64,000 bases of DNA from Carcharhinus longimanus (taxonomy: Eukaryota): the NCBI GenBank assembly GCA_030264375.1, contig JASCQW010000162.1, positions 103,586,866-103,650,865 of the forward strand, written 5' to 3'. Of the stretch, positions 50,461 through 63,539 are shown piece by piece; position 1 is the stretch's first letter; each line of letters starts with the position of its first letter. The position numbers and the translations under genes are program-made. Under the pieces are notes generated by a model. It saw nothing but the letters and a program-made list of their open reading frames with translations. It did not search any database and had not been told where the DNA came from.

Positions 50461-52447
50461 AAAACCACCGGAATGATATTTAGGTTTCAAAAATTGTCAA
50501 CTCTCCCACACCCCATAAAACAACATATTCTGTGAATAGTAGTGTAGATTCATTTCAGCATGAAACACGTTGTAACAGAAGCACACACAATCGCTCAAAT
50601 GGAATGTCCTTGATATCTGGTTAACTTCAAAAGATTCACACTTTGCGTATGATAAGAATTGGAGGAAAGGGATGGGCGTGGTTGGAGAAGTGGTTCAATC
50701 AATGCTTCCAAGATAAAGAGATTATGAACCAGATTTAAAATTTCTCATAGTAGCACATGAGTGATGAGACCTTGCTATGATAACCTGCATGGTGGCATCA
50801 GAGATCTGGGATTAAATGTGAGATGGTCCTTGGCTCAGTTGGTCTGAGGAGAGGAATGCAAAGTTCAAGGGTAGAAATCTCAATAAGAAAACATGGCAAA
50901 ATGTAATCCTCCTTTTATATTTTGTTGTACGTGTTCATGAGTCTAATAATTTTCTCAATTTTGACATTTTATCCCAAGTAAGCAAATAATCCAAATTTTG
51001 ATTAGGCACTTGTCAGACAGCAAGTGTGCTTCTAAAGAATCTCTTGTGAATGATTGTAATCAGATCAAAATGGCTGTTCACAAATAAAGACACAGGACAA
51101 CTTTTATTGAATGCTTTACAGTATGAAAAAAATCTGGCACAAAAATTGAACTCTGAATATTCCTCATTTAAAACATAAGGTCTGCTCAACCCGATATTGC
51201 TTAATCCCTTTAGGGCTTTTCACTAATAACTCTGAAGTAAAATAAAATTGAGGTTAAAAGTCATCTTAAGCTGGCTTCTCAGAAATTTGAGTTGCCGTCT
51301 ATCAAAATCTTAGTTGATTTAAAAAACCCTCAGATATAGGAGATTGCTGAGAGTGTAACTGCAGGAAAAACAGATTAGGCAAAATAATGTAGCCTGTTCC
51401 AAATTTGAAACCAGTTGTGTTCAACATTAGAGAAACATGTTGGATTTTACCCCTTAATCCCAAGCATTCTGATACTTGGAGCAGGAACAATTGGGAGAAT
51501 GGACTTACCATGTAATTGCTATTTACTTTGCGCCCGTTCCCATTTTGCCAGGGCATATTTCAGTTTGCTTAAAATAACAACTTTGCGGTAGGGATCAAAA
51601 TAATTCTTTTCCAAGGGCTCTTCTGGAGAAAACTGCCTAGCTCAATTTTGTCGAAGGTTACTTTTTGATTTTCAGGGGCTACTTTTTTGAGGGCTCCTTA
51701 TTTATTTTTACTAACCTAGCCCCAGTCATTCAAAACAGATAACATGTGGAGTTCAGGTCACAATTGTTCCTTAGTTCCTGAATATCTTCCCCTAAAATTT
51801 GGTTAATAAGTGCAATTTCCAAATCTCAACAGAGTATATGTTTGGGATCCTTTCCCCATCACACCCTGCCTTGCCTCACTCTATAATTCACCAGCAATTT
51901 TATGACTTCAATACTTGAATTTCCCTCTTCAGGAGTTCTTGCACTTACAAGATTTATCTCTCCAAAAAACTGAGTATACCTAAATTGAAAGCATGTGAAA
52001 ATTCTTGTATTTACACAGTGTAGATTATAAAAACAAGACCACTTTTGAGTTGTTAGTTATTGCCTGTGACAGCATTTATGCAGCTGGTAGTTAATGTTTG
52101 ATAGTTTTGAAGCTTAGTTTTCTTGGGGTTAGAACTGCGTTCCTATATCACACTTTGGTATCCGCCTCCCTCTGTACTTTTTCTCTTCAGTCTATTTTCT
52201 CCTCAGCAGAAGGTAGTAAATCACTTCTCTAGCTCTCCGAATGCAACCTTGAATTCTGATATGGCTTTAGTGAAACTCAGTTGAATATGTCGTCTGCTTT
52301 CTTTCTTCTCAGCCTCCCAACCCCAGGGATGCCAGCGGACCAAAACAATCGACAGCGCAGCCAAAAATTCTTACCTGGCAGCAACAGGAACGGCCATTAA
52401 TAATTACTCACCCTATAATTCGCCAGCAATTTTATGACTTCAATACT

Positions 52448-52865
52448 AAGAGTAGTGACTTCAATAGCTAAGACTAGTGGGCGAGAAGAGGATTGGGAGA
52501 GGTTTAAATGTCAACAAAGAATGACAAAGAAATTGATAACGAAGGGTAGGATAAATTATGAAGCTGGGCTAGCGCTTAATATAAAAAAGGATAGCAAGAA
52601 TTTTTATAAATACATAAAAAGGAAGAGGCTGGCTAGGGTGAACGTTGGACCCTTAGAGGATGAGAGGGGGGACTTAGNNNNNNNNNNNNNNNNNNNNNNN
52701 NNNNNNNNNNNNNNNNNNNNNNNNNNNNNNNNNNNNNNNNNNNNNNNNNNNNNNNNNNNNNNNNNNNNNNNNNNNNNCAGCCATGATCTTATTGAATGGC
52801 GGGGCAGGCACGAGGGGCTAGATGGCCTACTCCTGCTCCTATTTCTTATGTTCTTATGTTCTTAC
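52448..52865 (+). mobile_element. Young CR1 spanning gap 52678-52777
   Basis: NYEAGLALNIKKDSKNFYKYIKRKRLARVNVGPLEDERGDL before the gap; tail (ttcttatg)n after it. Confidence 0.9.
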
Positions 52866-53144
52866 TCCTCAATCTCTCTTTTGCCCTTGCTGCTCCTCCC
52901 ATCATAGATTCTGCCTCTGACGAAACATCAAGTGTGACAGGGTACTAACCTGTGATTGGAGGAGCTGGAGCAGCGAGCATGGAAAAGACAGAAGCTGTGA
53001 CTGGAAGAGCAGCTCCTCATAGGTTGCGTCTGTCCCATGCTTGTTACTCTTCCAATCAAAATACATCGCAGAAACATTTTTTTTGCCAAGTTTTGAACAT
53101 TTTGCCCCATTTTTGATTTCTTGGGGCTATTTGCAAAGTACTAA

Positions 53145-54625
53145 TTTGATTTGATTTATTATTGTCAGATGTATTAACATACAGTGAAGAGTATTGTTTC
53201 TGGTGTGCTACACAGACAAAACATACCATTCATAGAAAAGAAAACGAGAGAGTGCAGAATATAGTGTTACAGTCATAGCTAAGGTGTAGAGAAAGATCAA
53301 CTTAATGCAAGGCAAGTCCATTCAAAAGTCTCACAGCAGCAGGGAAGAAGCTGTTGTTGAGTTGGTTGGTACATGACCTCAGACTTTTGTATTTTTTGCC
53401 CGAAGCAAGAAGATGGAAGAGAGAACATCCAGGGTGCGTGGGATCCTTAATTATGCTGGCTGCTTTGCAGAGGCAGCGGGAAGTGTAGACAGAGTCAATG
53501 GATGGGAAGCTGGTTTGCGTGATGCATTGGGCTACATTCACGACCTCTTGTAGCTAATTGCGGTCTTGGGCAGAGCAGGAGCCATACCAAGCTGTGATAC
53601 AATCAGAAAGAATGCTTTCTATGGTGCACCTGTAAAAGTTAGTGAGAGTTGTAGCTGACATGCCAAATTTCCTTAGTCCTCTGAGAAAGTAGAGGTGTTG
53701 GTGGGCTTTCTTAACTATAGTATCAGCTTGGGGGGACCAGGACAGGTCGTTGGTGATCTGGATACCTAAAAACTTGAAGCTCTTGACCCTTTCATCCCCA
53801 TTGATGGTTTAGGGGCATGTTCTTCTTTACGCTTCCCAAAGTCGATGACAATCTCCTTCGTTTTGTTGACATTCAGGGAGAGCTTATTGTTGCCACACCA
53901 GTTCACCAGATTCTCTACCTCAGTCTGTCTTGTCATTGTTTGAGATCCAACCTACTACGGTAGTGTCGTCACCAAACTTGAAAATCGAATTGGAAGGCAA
54001 TTTGACTGTGCAGTCATAGGTGTACAAGGATTATAGTAGGGGCTGAGAGCACAGCCTCTTGGGACGCTGGCGTTGGGGATTATCATGGAGAAGGTGTTGT
54101 TGCCTATCCATACTGATTGTGGTCTGTGAGTTAGGAAGTTCAGGATCCAGTCACAGAGACAGAGAGGTGCCAGACCCAGGCCATGGAGTTGAGATGAGTT
54201 TTGGAGGAATAATAGTGTTGAAGGCTGAGCGTAAGCCAATAAATAGGAGTCTAACATATGTGTCCTTGTTATCTAGATGTTCCAGGATTGAGTGCAGGGC
54301 CAGGGAAATGGCGTCTGCTGTGGACCTTTTGCAGCAGTAGGTAAACTGTAGTGGATCCAGGTAGTCCAGAAGGCTGGAATTGATTCGTGCCATGGCTAAC
54401 CTTTCGAAGCACTTCATAATGATGGCTGTCAGAATCTCCAGTCAATAGTCATTAAGGCACATTGCTTGGTTTTTCTTAGGGACTGGGATGATGATCGTCT
54501 TCTTGAAACAAATGGGGGCCTCAGATTATTGTAAAGAGAGGTTGAAGATGTCTGTGAATACCTCAACCAGCTGATCCACACAGGATCTGAGCGCACGTCT
54601 GGGTACTCCATCAAATTTACCATCG
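53145..54625 (-). mobile_element. Rex1/Babar LINE, RT domain to 3' tail
   Basis: [55 protein letters not shown]; IIKDPTHPG..FHLLASGKKY...NSFFPAAVRLLN; (tttga)n tail. Confidence 0.92.
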
Positions 54626-54919
54626 ACTCCATGTATTTTGAAATCCCGTTTGGAGGCAAATCAATTAGACTGCATCATATAATGAGGCAAATAGCTCCAG
54701 TCGCTCATTAACATCCATGTGCTGGTGAAGGGGCAGGAAGAGATTGATACTCACAGTTGAAGCTCGTGAATCTCAATTTTGCTTATTTCACTAACCCTGA
54801 AACAGCTGTGGAACTTAATGATTGTATTACTCTCACTGCTTTACTGGGCACAGGAAGATGAGAAACACAGACTAACAACCACAGAAGAATCAGTACAGCA
54901 GTTGAGGGGTCAGTTCATA

Positions 54920-55725
54920 GAAGGCCTTAAACATCGAATAGCAGATTCAGTCAGCTTTGTCAACATAACTGAAGAGCTGTGCATGAGGACACTGCACTTA
55001 TTGAGGCAGATAGTTATTGACCTCTGTGCCTTATGCTTCAAGATTCACAGCCTGACAGGCCAGGAGACCATGGCGTGCCTGTGGCTGTGAAGGTGCCCAG
55101 TAACCTGATTTTTTGTATCGGAACTGTTTGCATCTGGCAATTGTCAGTCCATGTGTATGCTGAACAGGTGACAAATGCACTCTTTGCCAGACTGAATCAT
55201 CTTGTGTCCTAATTGATGGAAAACAGCCAAAATGAGAGTGCCTTAGGATTCGCAGCAATGACAGTCACGGGCATTCAGCCTCTGATCTTCGGGTAAGCAT
55301 TCTCCAAGGTGGCCTTCACGACACACGACAACACAGAATTGCTGAGCAGAAACTGAAAGCTAAGTTCCGCGCATGAGGACAGCCTCAACTGTGATCTTGA
55401 GTTCATGTCACACTATCTGTAACCCTCTCAACTTGCCTGGGCTTGCAAAATCTCACTAACGTTCTGGCTGAAGACAATACACACCTCTAATTTAACCCTC
55501 TCTCAACTCACATTGTCTGTATCTTTAAGACTTGGTTACCTGTAAAGACTCACATTCCAATCATTATCTTGTACATTGAGTTTGTGTCTATATACGCTCT
55601 GTTTGTGAACATCACTCCTACTCATCTGCTGAAGGGTCAGTGTTCTGAAAGCTTGTGCTATCAAATAAACCTGTTGGACCTTAACCTGGTATTGAGACTT
55701 CTTACTGGCTTCTCTAGAGCAGGAG
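54920..55725 (+). mobile_element. PIF/Harbinger transposase relic, interrupted by a Penelope element
   Basis: SFVNITEELCMRTLHLLRQIVIDLCAL..GDHGVPVAVKV..QVTNALFARLN..LGFAAM [insert] GFSR, resembling the HARBI1-like N-terminus up to GFP.VQG. Confidence 0.65.
55263..55707 (+). mobile_element. Penelope-like element 3' fragment (GIY-YIG C-terminus plus pLTR)
   Basis: HSASDLRVSILQGGLHDTRQHRIAEQKLKAKF..LNCDLEFMSHYL*; pLTR with a degenerate hammerhead-like ctgctgaagggtcagtgttctgaaagcttgtg and aataaacctgttgg. Confidence 0.85.
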
Positions 55726-56763
55726 TTTTCAGCCAGAGGTCTGCAACTAAATTTCAAGAAGTCCAACAATGGCCTACGGTCTCTATCACAGACAATTTAA
55801 GATAAATGTAATGCTGATCCCAAAGGTTGTAGAATTCATGCACCAATAAGGCTCCAGTGGACAACAGTACAGTATCATTACAATCCCTGGCCCCAGCTCC
55901 ACACAGGACATGAAGTACTGATACCAGTGGTTGGGCCTCAGAAGCTCATCATCATTGGTCCAGCATCACACTGTCAAGGAGATGCCATCCAGTCTCAATG
56001 GGTGCATTCTGTTCAGTTTCTTAGTAAGGTACAAGGCAAGTAGTGAGAGTTGCTATGGCAGTCAAACCCATTGGTCTGTCGGTCAAATCTATTGATCTAA
56101 TTGTAGCTGTCACTAAAGCTGGTAGACTAACCAATTCCAATTGACAGCTGATGAATCACAATGTGAAGGTTTAACAGCTTTGGCAACAATCCACTAATTT
56201 AAACACATCTGAGCAAGGATGGACAGTGGGCATGTGATGGATTTTTGTTGAAGTATCTCCACGGGCAGGATTTTCCTGGTGGGTTTCCGACAAGCTCAGG
56301 TTGGTTCAGAAAATCGTACCATGTGGGAAGTAGTAGTTTAATACAATTTTCCCTGGAGCTTCCAATTAATAGCCAGAGCGTGAGCTTACCATCCAATTAT
56401 CTATGATGGGTGTGCTCTTGAAGCTGGAGGGCCCATTAGAGGTCTTCCAGCTTGATTGCACCAACAGGATGCAATGGAAGTTAAGTGAGCCCAATGCTAA
56501 ATCAAATACCAGATTAAAGGATATCTCTGCTGACAAGATTGCGGAAAGTCAGTAGGCAGCTGTCAGTAAAGTGAACCAGACGCATTTGATGAGAAACTGT
56601 AAATGTGCAGCAACTGATAATTTGCTACCAATTGTCACATGAACTTGGCAATAGAAGCTCAAAGAAACAGCAATAAGTTTGGTTATCCTGGTGTAAACTG
56701 AATGGTCTGTATAGGACACACATGATAAATTAATTTACAGGTCAGCAGACAACCAGCAACACA

Positions 56764-57250
56764 GGGGCAGCAGGGTGGCACAGTGCTGCCTCATCGCACC
56801 AGATACCTGGGTTCAATTCTGGTCTTGCATTATTGTGTGTGGAGTTTGCATCTTCTCCGTGAGTTTCCTCTAGGTGTTCCGGTTTCCTCCCACAATCCAA
56901 AAATATGCAGATTAGGTGGATTAACTCCAGTTAATACTGGATTAAAATATCAGACAAATTAATATCAAATACATTAAATACTAGTTACCTTGCAGAACCA
57001 ACTTACAACCTAATATTTCCTCCAGGTGTTCTGGTTTCTTCCCACAGTTCAAAGATGTGCAGGTTGGTGGATTGGTTATATTAAATTGTTCCAGGATGTG
57101 TAAATTAGACGGATTAGCCATGAGAAATGTGTGGGGTTATGGGGATAGGGCGGGGAAGAGGGCCTGGATAAGATACTCTGTCAGGGAGTCAGCGCAGACT
57201 TGATGGGCCTAATGGCCTTTTCTGCACTGTGGGGATTCTATGAGTCCATG
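56764..57250 (+). mobile_element. HE1-type SINE with internal duplication and insert
   Basis: tRNA-like head (gggttcaattc), core segment present twice, tail gggattctatga. Confidence 0.85.
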
Positions 57251-57904
57251 AACAATGGACAACATACTGAGTTCCTTCAAATTATAGACTGCAAATGGGT
57301 GGATGGGAGTGGAACTCTATTACGTGTGCTGATCATTGACTTATTTTACCATGTCTATTTGATCAAGTTTATTTTTTTCTGAATTTTGGTACACTACAGC
57401 TGCTAGTAGTAGCGTACCATCTGTGCATAAACAACAGTACTGATAACTGCTCATCACCTAACATACGGTGCCACAAGAGGCTTGAACACCAACTGTATTG
57501 GTGCTTACTGATGCTGTAGAATTAATCCTCAGATGAGTTTGGGGAATAAACCTCAGGGCACAGACAGATGTGCAGTTTCCTTTTATGGTTATTTTTCTAT
57601 TCTATCCTTGGAGTGTGGCAGCTTCTTCACCTGATGATTTTGGAATTGGTCTTGCTATTTTATAATGCTGTTCATTCCAAGTGTCACCTTTTTGGCTATC
57701 AACAGAGCATGTTGAATACGAGATAAATTAAGATTTTCTTTTACCTTGAAGTAGTATCCCAATGAAATTCTAGAGAAAATAAAATGCTGGCTACAGCTTA
57801 AAGTCGTCCTTGAAACCTCAAACCGCTGTGTCTAGATTTGAACTTTGGTGGATTATAAAAGGGAATTGAAAGCCAAAAACAACTTATAAGCCTGATTTTT
57901 TTAT

Positions 57905-58378
57905 ATTTGTTCATGGGATGAGAACACTGCTGGCAAGGCCAGCATTTGTTGCCCATCCCTAATTGTGCCTAAAGTGTTCGGCTCCTGGAGTCCATATGGT
58001 GTAATTATATGTACTATGCTTTTCAGAAGGGAATTTCAGGATCTTGACCCAGCAAGAATGCAGATATGATGTCAGGATTGTGTGTGACTTGGAGGAGAGT
58101 GTGAAGGTAGTGTGTTCTGATGCTCCTGCTGCCCTGTAATCGAGGTCAGGAGCTTGGCAAGTATTATTGAAGGAATTTGGCAAGTTTCTTGAGCGTACTT
58201 GTAGTTGGTACACTTGGCTGCCACTGTGTGCCAGTAGTGGAAGGGGTGAATGTTTAAGTTGGGAATGGGGTGTCGATCAAGCAAACTGCTTTTTCCTGGA
58301 TGCCATCAAGCTTCTGTAGTGTTGTTGGAGCTATGCTCATCCAGGTAAGTAGAGGGTATTCCATCACATTCTTGACAA
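57905..58378 (-). mobile_element. CR1/L2-group LINE 3' fragment (same family as 9745-10562)
   Basis: ttcatgggatg..ctggcaaggccagcatttgttgcccatccctaattg tail; tttcctggatgccatcaagcttc. Confidence 0.78.
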
Positions 58379-58417
58379 TAACAACAGGAGGAGCAAATGT
58401 AATCCAAGTCATAAAAT

Positions 58418-58640
58418 CTCACACATTTACCATAGCTAATCCATCTAACCTATACATCTTGGTACACTTTAGGATGGTCAATTCACTGAACCCACACATC
58501 TTTGGCCTGTGTGAGGAAACCAGAGCTCCTGGACGAAACCCATGCAGACATGGGAGAATGTAGGAACTCCACATAGACACTGCCCATGGCCGGAATTGAA
58601 TGCTGGTGCTGTGAGGCAGTAATGCTAACCATTGTTCCAA
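58418..58640 (-). mobile_element. HE1-type SINE fragment
   Basis: gaaacccatgcagacatgggagaatgtaggaactccacatagaca...gctgtgaggcagtaatgctaacc. Confidence 0.82.
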
Positions 58641-58839
58641 TGGTTTTTAAATCTAAAGAATTTATCTTTTCTTATCCCGCCACTGCTCCCCGCCTCATTG
58701 CTTTCAGTTAAAAGGGTACCCCTTACTCAAATGTACCTGGATAAAATTTCAGAGAGAGTCTAGCATTTAAACCAATACTGAATTAGAAAACAATCTGTCT
58801 TGCACTCCAGATTTGTTTTTCAGGTTCCTTGTTTTCAGT

Positions 58840-59245
58840 TCTCACATCTCCCTATCTTCAGCTTTACAAACATCAGAGGTCTCTGTGCTCCTCCAATTCT
58901 GGCCTCTTGCAAAATCCCTAGTTTTAATCACTCATCAGTGGCAGTTGGGCCTTCAGCTACTAAGACCCTAAACATTGATACTCCCTCCCTGAATCTCTCT
59001 GCCTCCTTTCCTCTCCCCCTTTGAAAAGCTTCTTAAACCCCTGCCTCTTTGACCAGGTTTCTGGTCATCTGCCTCCTTTCCTCTCCCCCTTTAAAAACCC
59101 CTGCCTCTTTGACCAGGTTTTTGGTCATCTGTTCTAATATTTCCCCTAAGTGGTTCAGTATTAAATTCTGACTGATGATCCTCCTGTAAAATTCCATGGG
59201 ACATTTTACTTTGTTAAAGGAGCTATTAATATATGTAAGTTATTG
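58840..59245 (+). mobile_element. L2-type 3' tail relic with an internal tandem duplication
   Basis: gccttcagct..ctccctccct..cctctttgaccagg..tttggtca; tail gttaaaggagctat..atgtaagttattgtt. Confidence 0.65.
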
Positions 59246-62200
59246 TTAAATTCAACTTTCCTTGACTGCAGAAATTTGAGTTGCTTTTTGTTTGCTTTGC
59301 ATAGGTTGCTACAAGTATAAAGCATTTGGTCCTGGGAAGGGGGTTGGCAAAAAATAAATTATTTTTCGGTAATCCTATCAAAGTAATCTCAAAGCACTTC
59401 TGATCAAATGATTATGTTCCATGATTGCCTCATTTATACTACAGATCACTCGGAGCATGTGAAAAGCCTGTCAAAATCATTCCTTTATGGGCTATTCTCT
59501 CTTGCTGTTCAGGTGAATTCTACCATATTTAATGTACTGTAATGATACCTGAGAAACTCTAAATCAATCCTTCTACCATTACAGTACATGATAGCAGAAC
59601 CTTGCTACCATAGGTTTTGCTACAAATATTAAGGTGACTGTTTCCCTGCTTATTGTAAACAAACATTTGAGATAATTAATTTATCAATTGCCAGACTTCA
59701 AATTGCCATTTGAGATGAGGTTTTGAATGTTTTTTTTCAAATTGTATCAACTCTCAGGCTATTGAAATAGCTACAAACTTTTTCAAACAATGGTGTGTCT
59801 TCAAAACAAGAGAATATATTGATAAATGGTTTGGATCATGAAAAATCCATGCACTTCCACACATTTCATGACATGTTAAAAAACTGCCTATTTTTCAGCT
59901 CCACAGCATCGCCCACTTCACTCCTGGAATGTTCAAATGTACGTATCTTTGACACCTTCATTTTCAACAATTTTGCTGCCAAATTTACTGGCTTCCCAAA
60001 ACTCTATATTCTTTAGTTTATCCAGAATTCCACCCCACACACTCCATCCCATCATCAGTTCTACTCAGCTATCAGCCTCATTGATGTTTATGTACATTGG
60101 CCCTCATTTCTTAACGTACTAAATTTAAAATCCTCATCTTCTTTTGATTTCATCCCCCAACCTATCTCACACTCTCCTCCAGTTATCCATTCCCTTCTAT
60201 ACAGTCTTTTGACTTCAACTTTCTGTGCATCCCACTTTCTTTCCTTCTACTGTTGGCAGCCAAATCTTCAGCCACCTTCAAATTGTTCTCAGACTTCCAT
60301 TCTCCAACCTCTCTCCAACATCTCTCAAAACTTCAATATCTATTTCTTGAATCAAGCTTTTGGACACTTGCCCCAAGCTTTCTTTTCCTGGTTGCAACCA
60401 CTTCTTTTCACCTATCTGTGATGTTCATTGTGCTGTGGACACTGATGAACTTGATTTGTTTATCCCAGGAACATAAGTTTAGACTTATGAAAAATTGGAT
60501 TCTGGCATCAGGTAAGAGAGCTGGATTTAGCAGAACAAACACAGATGTCATCACCTTGTGATAACAGTAATTGCTTTTTGAAAGCACTCCATTGACTGTT
60601 TGACACTTTGAGGTGTCCAGTAGATGTGGAAGGTGCTAAATAAATGCAAGTCTTTTTCTATCTAAAATAAACAAAAAATGTATGTACGTCTCTTTTCTGA
60701 GCAACAAATACCATAAAGGTCCCAAGGTGACCCTTGGACTGTGCGAACACCAGCTGTGGTGCTGCATTTTTCCTCAGCATTCCTCAGTTAGGTTGAGTGG
60801 TTGTTTGTGGGGGAGATTAAATGGCAGGGTCTCTTGATGGAAAAAGGTCCAAGACAGCCTTTGTTGCAACTCGATATCAGGCAAGAACAGGATCAATTTG
60901 ACCACAATGTTCCAATATTCAAAAACCTGATTACAAATCAACAGTAGCCACTTGGAAAAGATACTAGCCTTAAGGATATGCTTATCTGATACCTAATGGA
61001 AAGGGAAAACTTGAAATAAATGGCACAAAACAACCCTGCAATACATGACTGCAAATTACCTCTATTATGGGAAGGAAGCAAGCTATTAAATTTCAATCTG
61101 GAGGTCCCACTGAAGGTGTGGGCTCATGCCAGTAAGCATCCTATATGTTTTAAATTCCATTAGTATTTAAACAGCCTTCTACAATTGTGAATGATATATA
61201 TTTGATTTTCTTTGTTCACGGTTGAACTTTAAAGTTACAAAATTATTCCTCTTCCTTCCAGCCTTTACCACCAATGCAAAATTAACAGCCTACTGTACTC
61301 CAAGTCTGGACCAATTAAGGTTCCATGTGAAGATGGCATGAATAGTCAATGAAAGGTACGTAATTATGAAAACTGATTGCTTGATGATCTCCCACTTGCC
61401 CCATGTCAAGTCTTTCCAATTTGTGCCAGGTGTGGGCACTTAATATTCTCCCACTCATTTAACCTTGTGGTTTTCAGTGATCCAGCAGCTCTGCTTTGAG
61501 TTTCTTCAGCTCTGTGCCCACCTCTGCTCTGCTCCTTAGTCTTTGGCCAAGGTCTGCCTCTAACCAATGAATATCCCTGCCCACAAAGGCATGGTGTCAG
61601 AACAGAACTAAGTATCATGCCTCTGGCAAATCAACACAGAAAGAAAAATATACAATTATCTAGGTCATGAACAGTAAGGAAAAATATAAACAAGTCAAAA
61701 ATTGCAAGTGGAAGAGTAACTTCATTCTCTTTGTTCCACTGGGGCAAATTTTGTTTTCTCCTACATTTTACATTTAATCAAAAGGTTAAACTGGTGCCAG
61801 TGCATCTGGGGCTTGAAAAGCAAAAAATAAATTAGACAGGCTTCTGCTTTCAGATGTTACAGAAAAGGGTAAAGTTAACCTCGTCCATTCTGGCAGGTAT
61901 AAATTGGCTGCCCAATTTGATATATTTCCATGAGCTCGATTATCATCCAAAGAGTTAAAACTGCCATTATGCATAATAATACATGCTGAGGAGCTTTTGG
62001 CAATCTGATTTGCTACTTGCCTTGTTTTTGTGTAGTAATTGTCCAATGGGCAGTGAAAAAAAACCTTATTATCTTCTCAAGTTTCAGAACAGTTTAACTT
62101 GACCCCAGAAAGAAGGTGAGCTCTTCAATTTGAATCTGTTGGCTGGAGAGGATGAATGGAAACAGGTCAGAAGTCATCCTCTGTGTTGATAAGTACCGGG

Positions 62201-63539
62201 GACAACCAACTGAAATTGTGAAAGCTGTACGTTTGATCTCATTTGTTCCATGCTGAACTTCAAAGGGCTGCAAAAATGTATAACTGATATCATAATCGAG
62301 TTCATCAGTTTTTCTGCAAACCAAGTAATCACAAATCCACATTAAGTTTTGTTATATGGATGCGGGTCCAGCTGTAGCATTAAGCAAATTTCCAAAAGTG
62401 CCAGGTTTATTATTCTTGTCGATTCAGAAAGTGAAAGCCAAGTATTCAATAATCAAATGAAATCTGCTGCATTGGTCACGATTGTGTTTTTCCGTTACAT
62501 TCATAAATGCTCATTATAACCTGAATCATGTGGTTTTACGGTGTGTTCATTCTTCCAGGATGATATTTTGGGGGTGGAGGGGGGTCCGGGGGCATGAGGC
62601 TTGCATTCATTCAACGAGCTNNNNNNNNNNNNNNNNNNNNNNNNNNNNNNNNNNNNNNNNNNNNNNNNNNNNNNNNNNNNNNNNNNNNNNNNNNNNNNNN
62701 NNNNNNNNNNNNNNNNNNNNNNNNNNNNNNNNNNNNNNNNNNNNNNNNNNNNNNNNNNNNNNNNNNNNNNNNNNNNNNNNNNNNNNNNNNNNNNNNNNNN
62801 NNNNNNNNNNNNNNNNNNNNNNNNNNNNNNNNNNNNNNNNNNNNNNNNNNNNNNNNNNNNNNNNNNNNNNNNNNNNNNNNNNNNNNNNNNNNNNNNNNNN
62901 NNNNNNNNNNNNNNNNNNNNNNNNNNNNNNNNNNNNNNNNNNNNNNNNNNNNNNNNNNNNNNNNNNNNNATGGGTCAGCCGTCACAACAGTATTCAATCT
63001 GATGGTCCTGTTTAAGGGGAAACTATCCAGTAATTAGCATATCTTAAAATGGACATGTAAGCCAGATTTTCATGATAAACATGGGAATCGTGAGTACGGT
63101 CGCTTGCCAACATAATGTTCCCCAAGTTCTGAATGATACTGCACACACATGTAATCACCTCCACCTCCTCCCTGCAAAGTCGAAGTCGGAGCTACTGTCT
63201 CCTGAAACCAAGGTGGAGAGAAATTAAGGTGCTGAAGAGAATAGATTAGAGGTCCAACTCCCTTCACTGGGGCATTGCCCCAGTACTTTTTAGCCCCCTA
63301 GATCTCACCTTCCTTCAGACTCCACCCACCCTCATTTTCCCATGCCCTCTCGTGTGTCCAACGCCCCTTTCATGCACACTCCATATCTACTCACCCAGAA
63401 TGGACAATCACTATGGACAGAACTCATGAGCCCTGTAGTTACGTGGGGAACACTTTGAAATGTAAATGGAATGAATACATAAATAATCATACATTCAAAT
63501 TTCACTTTAAAAAATTACACTTATTGGACTGGTGGTTAA

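Noticed and set aside
62482-63037. Long ORFs of 128-177 aa
   Set aside because: Artefacts of translating the N gap 62621-62969.
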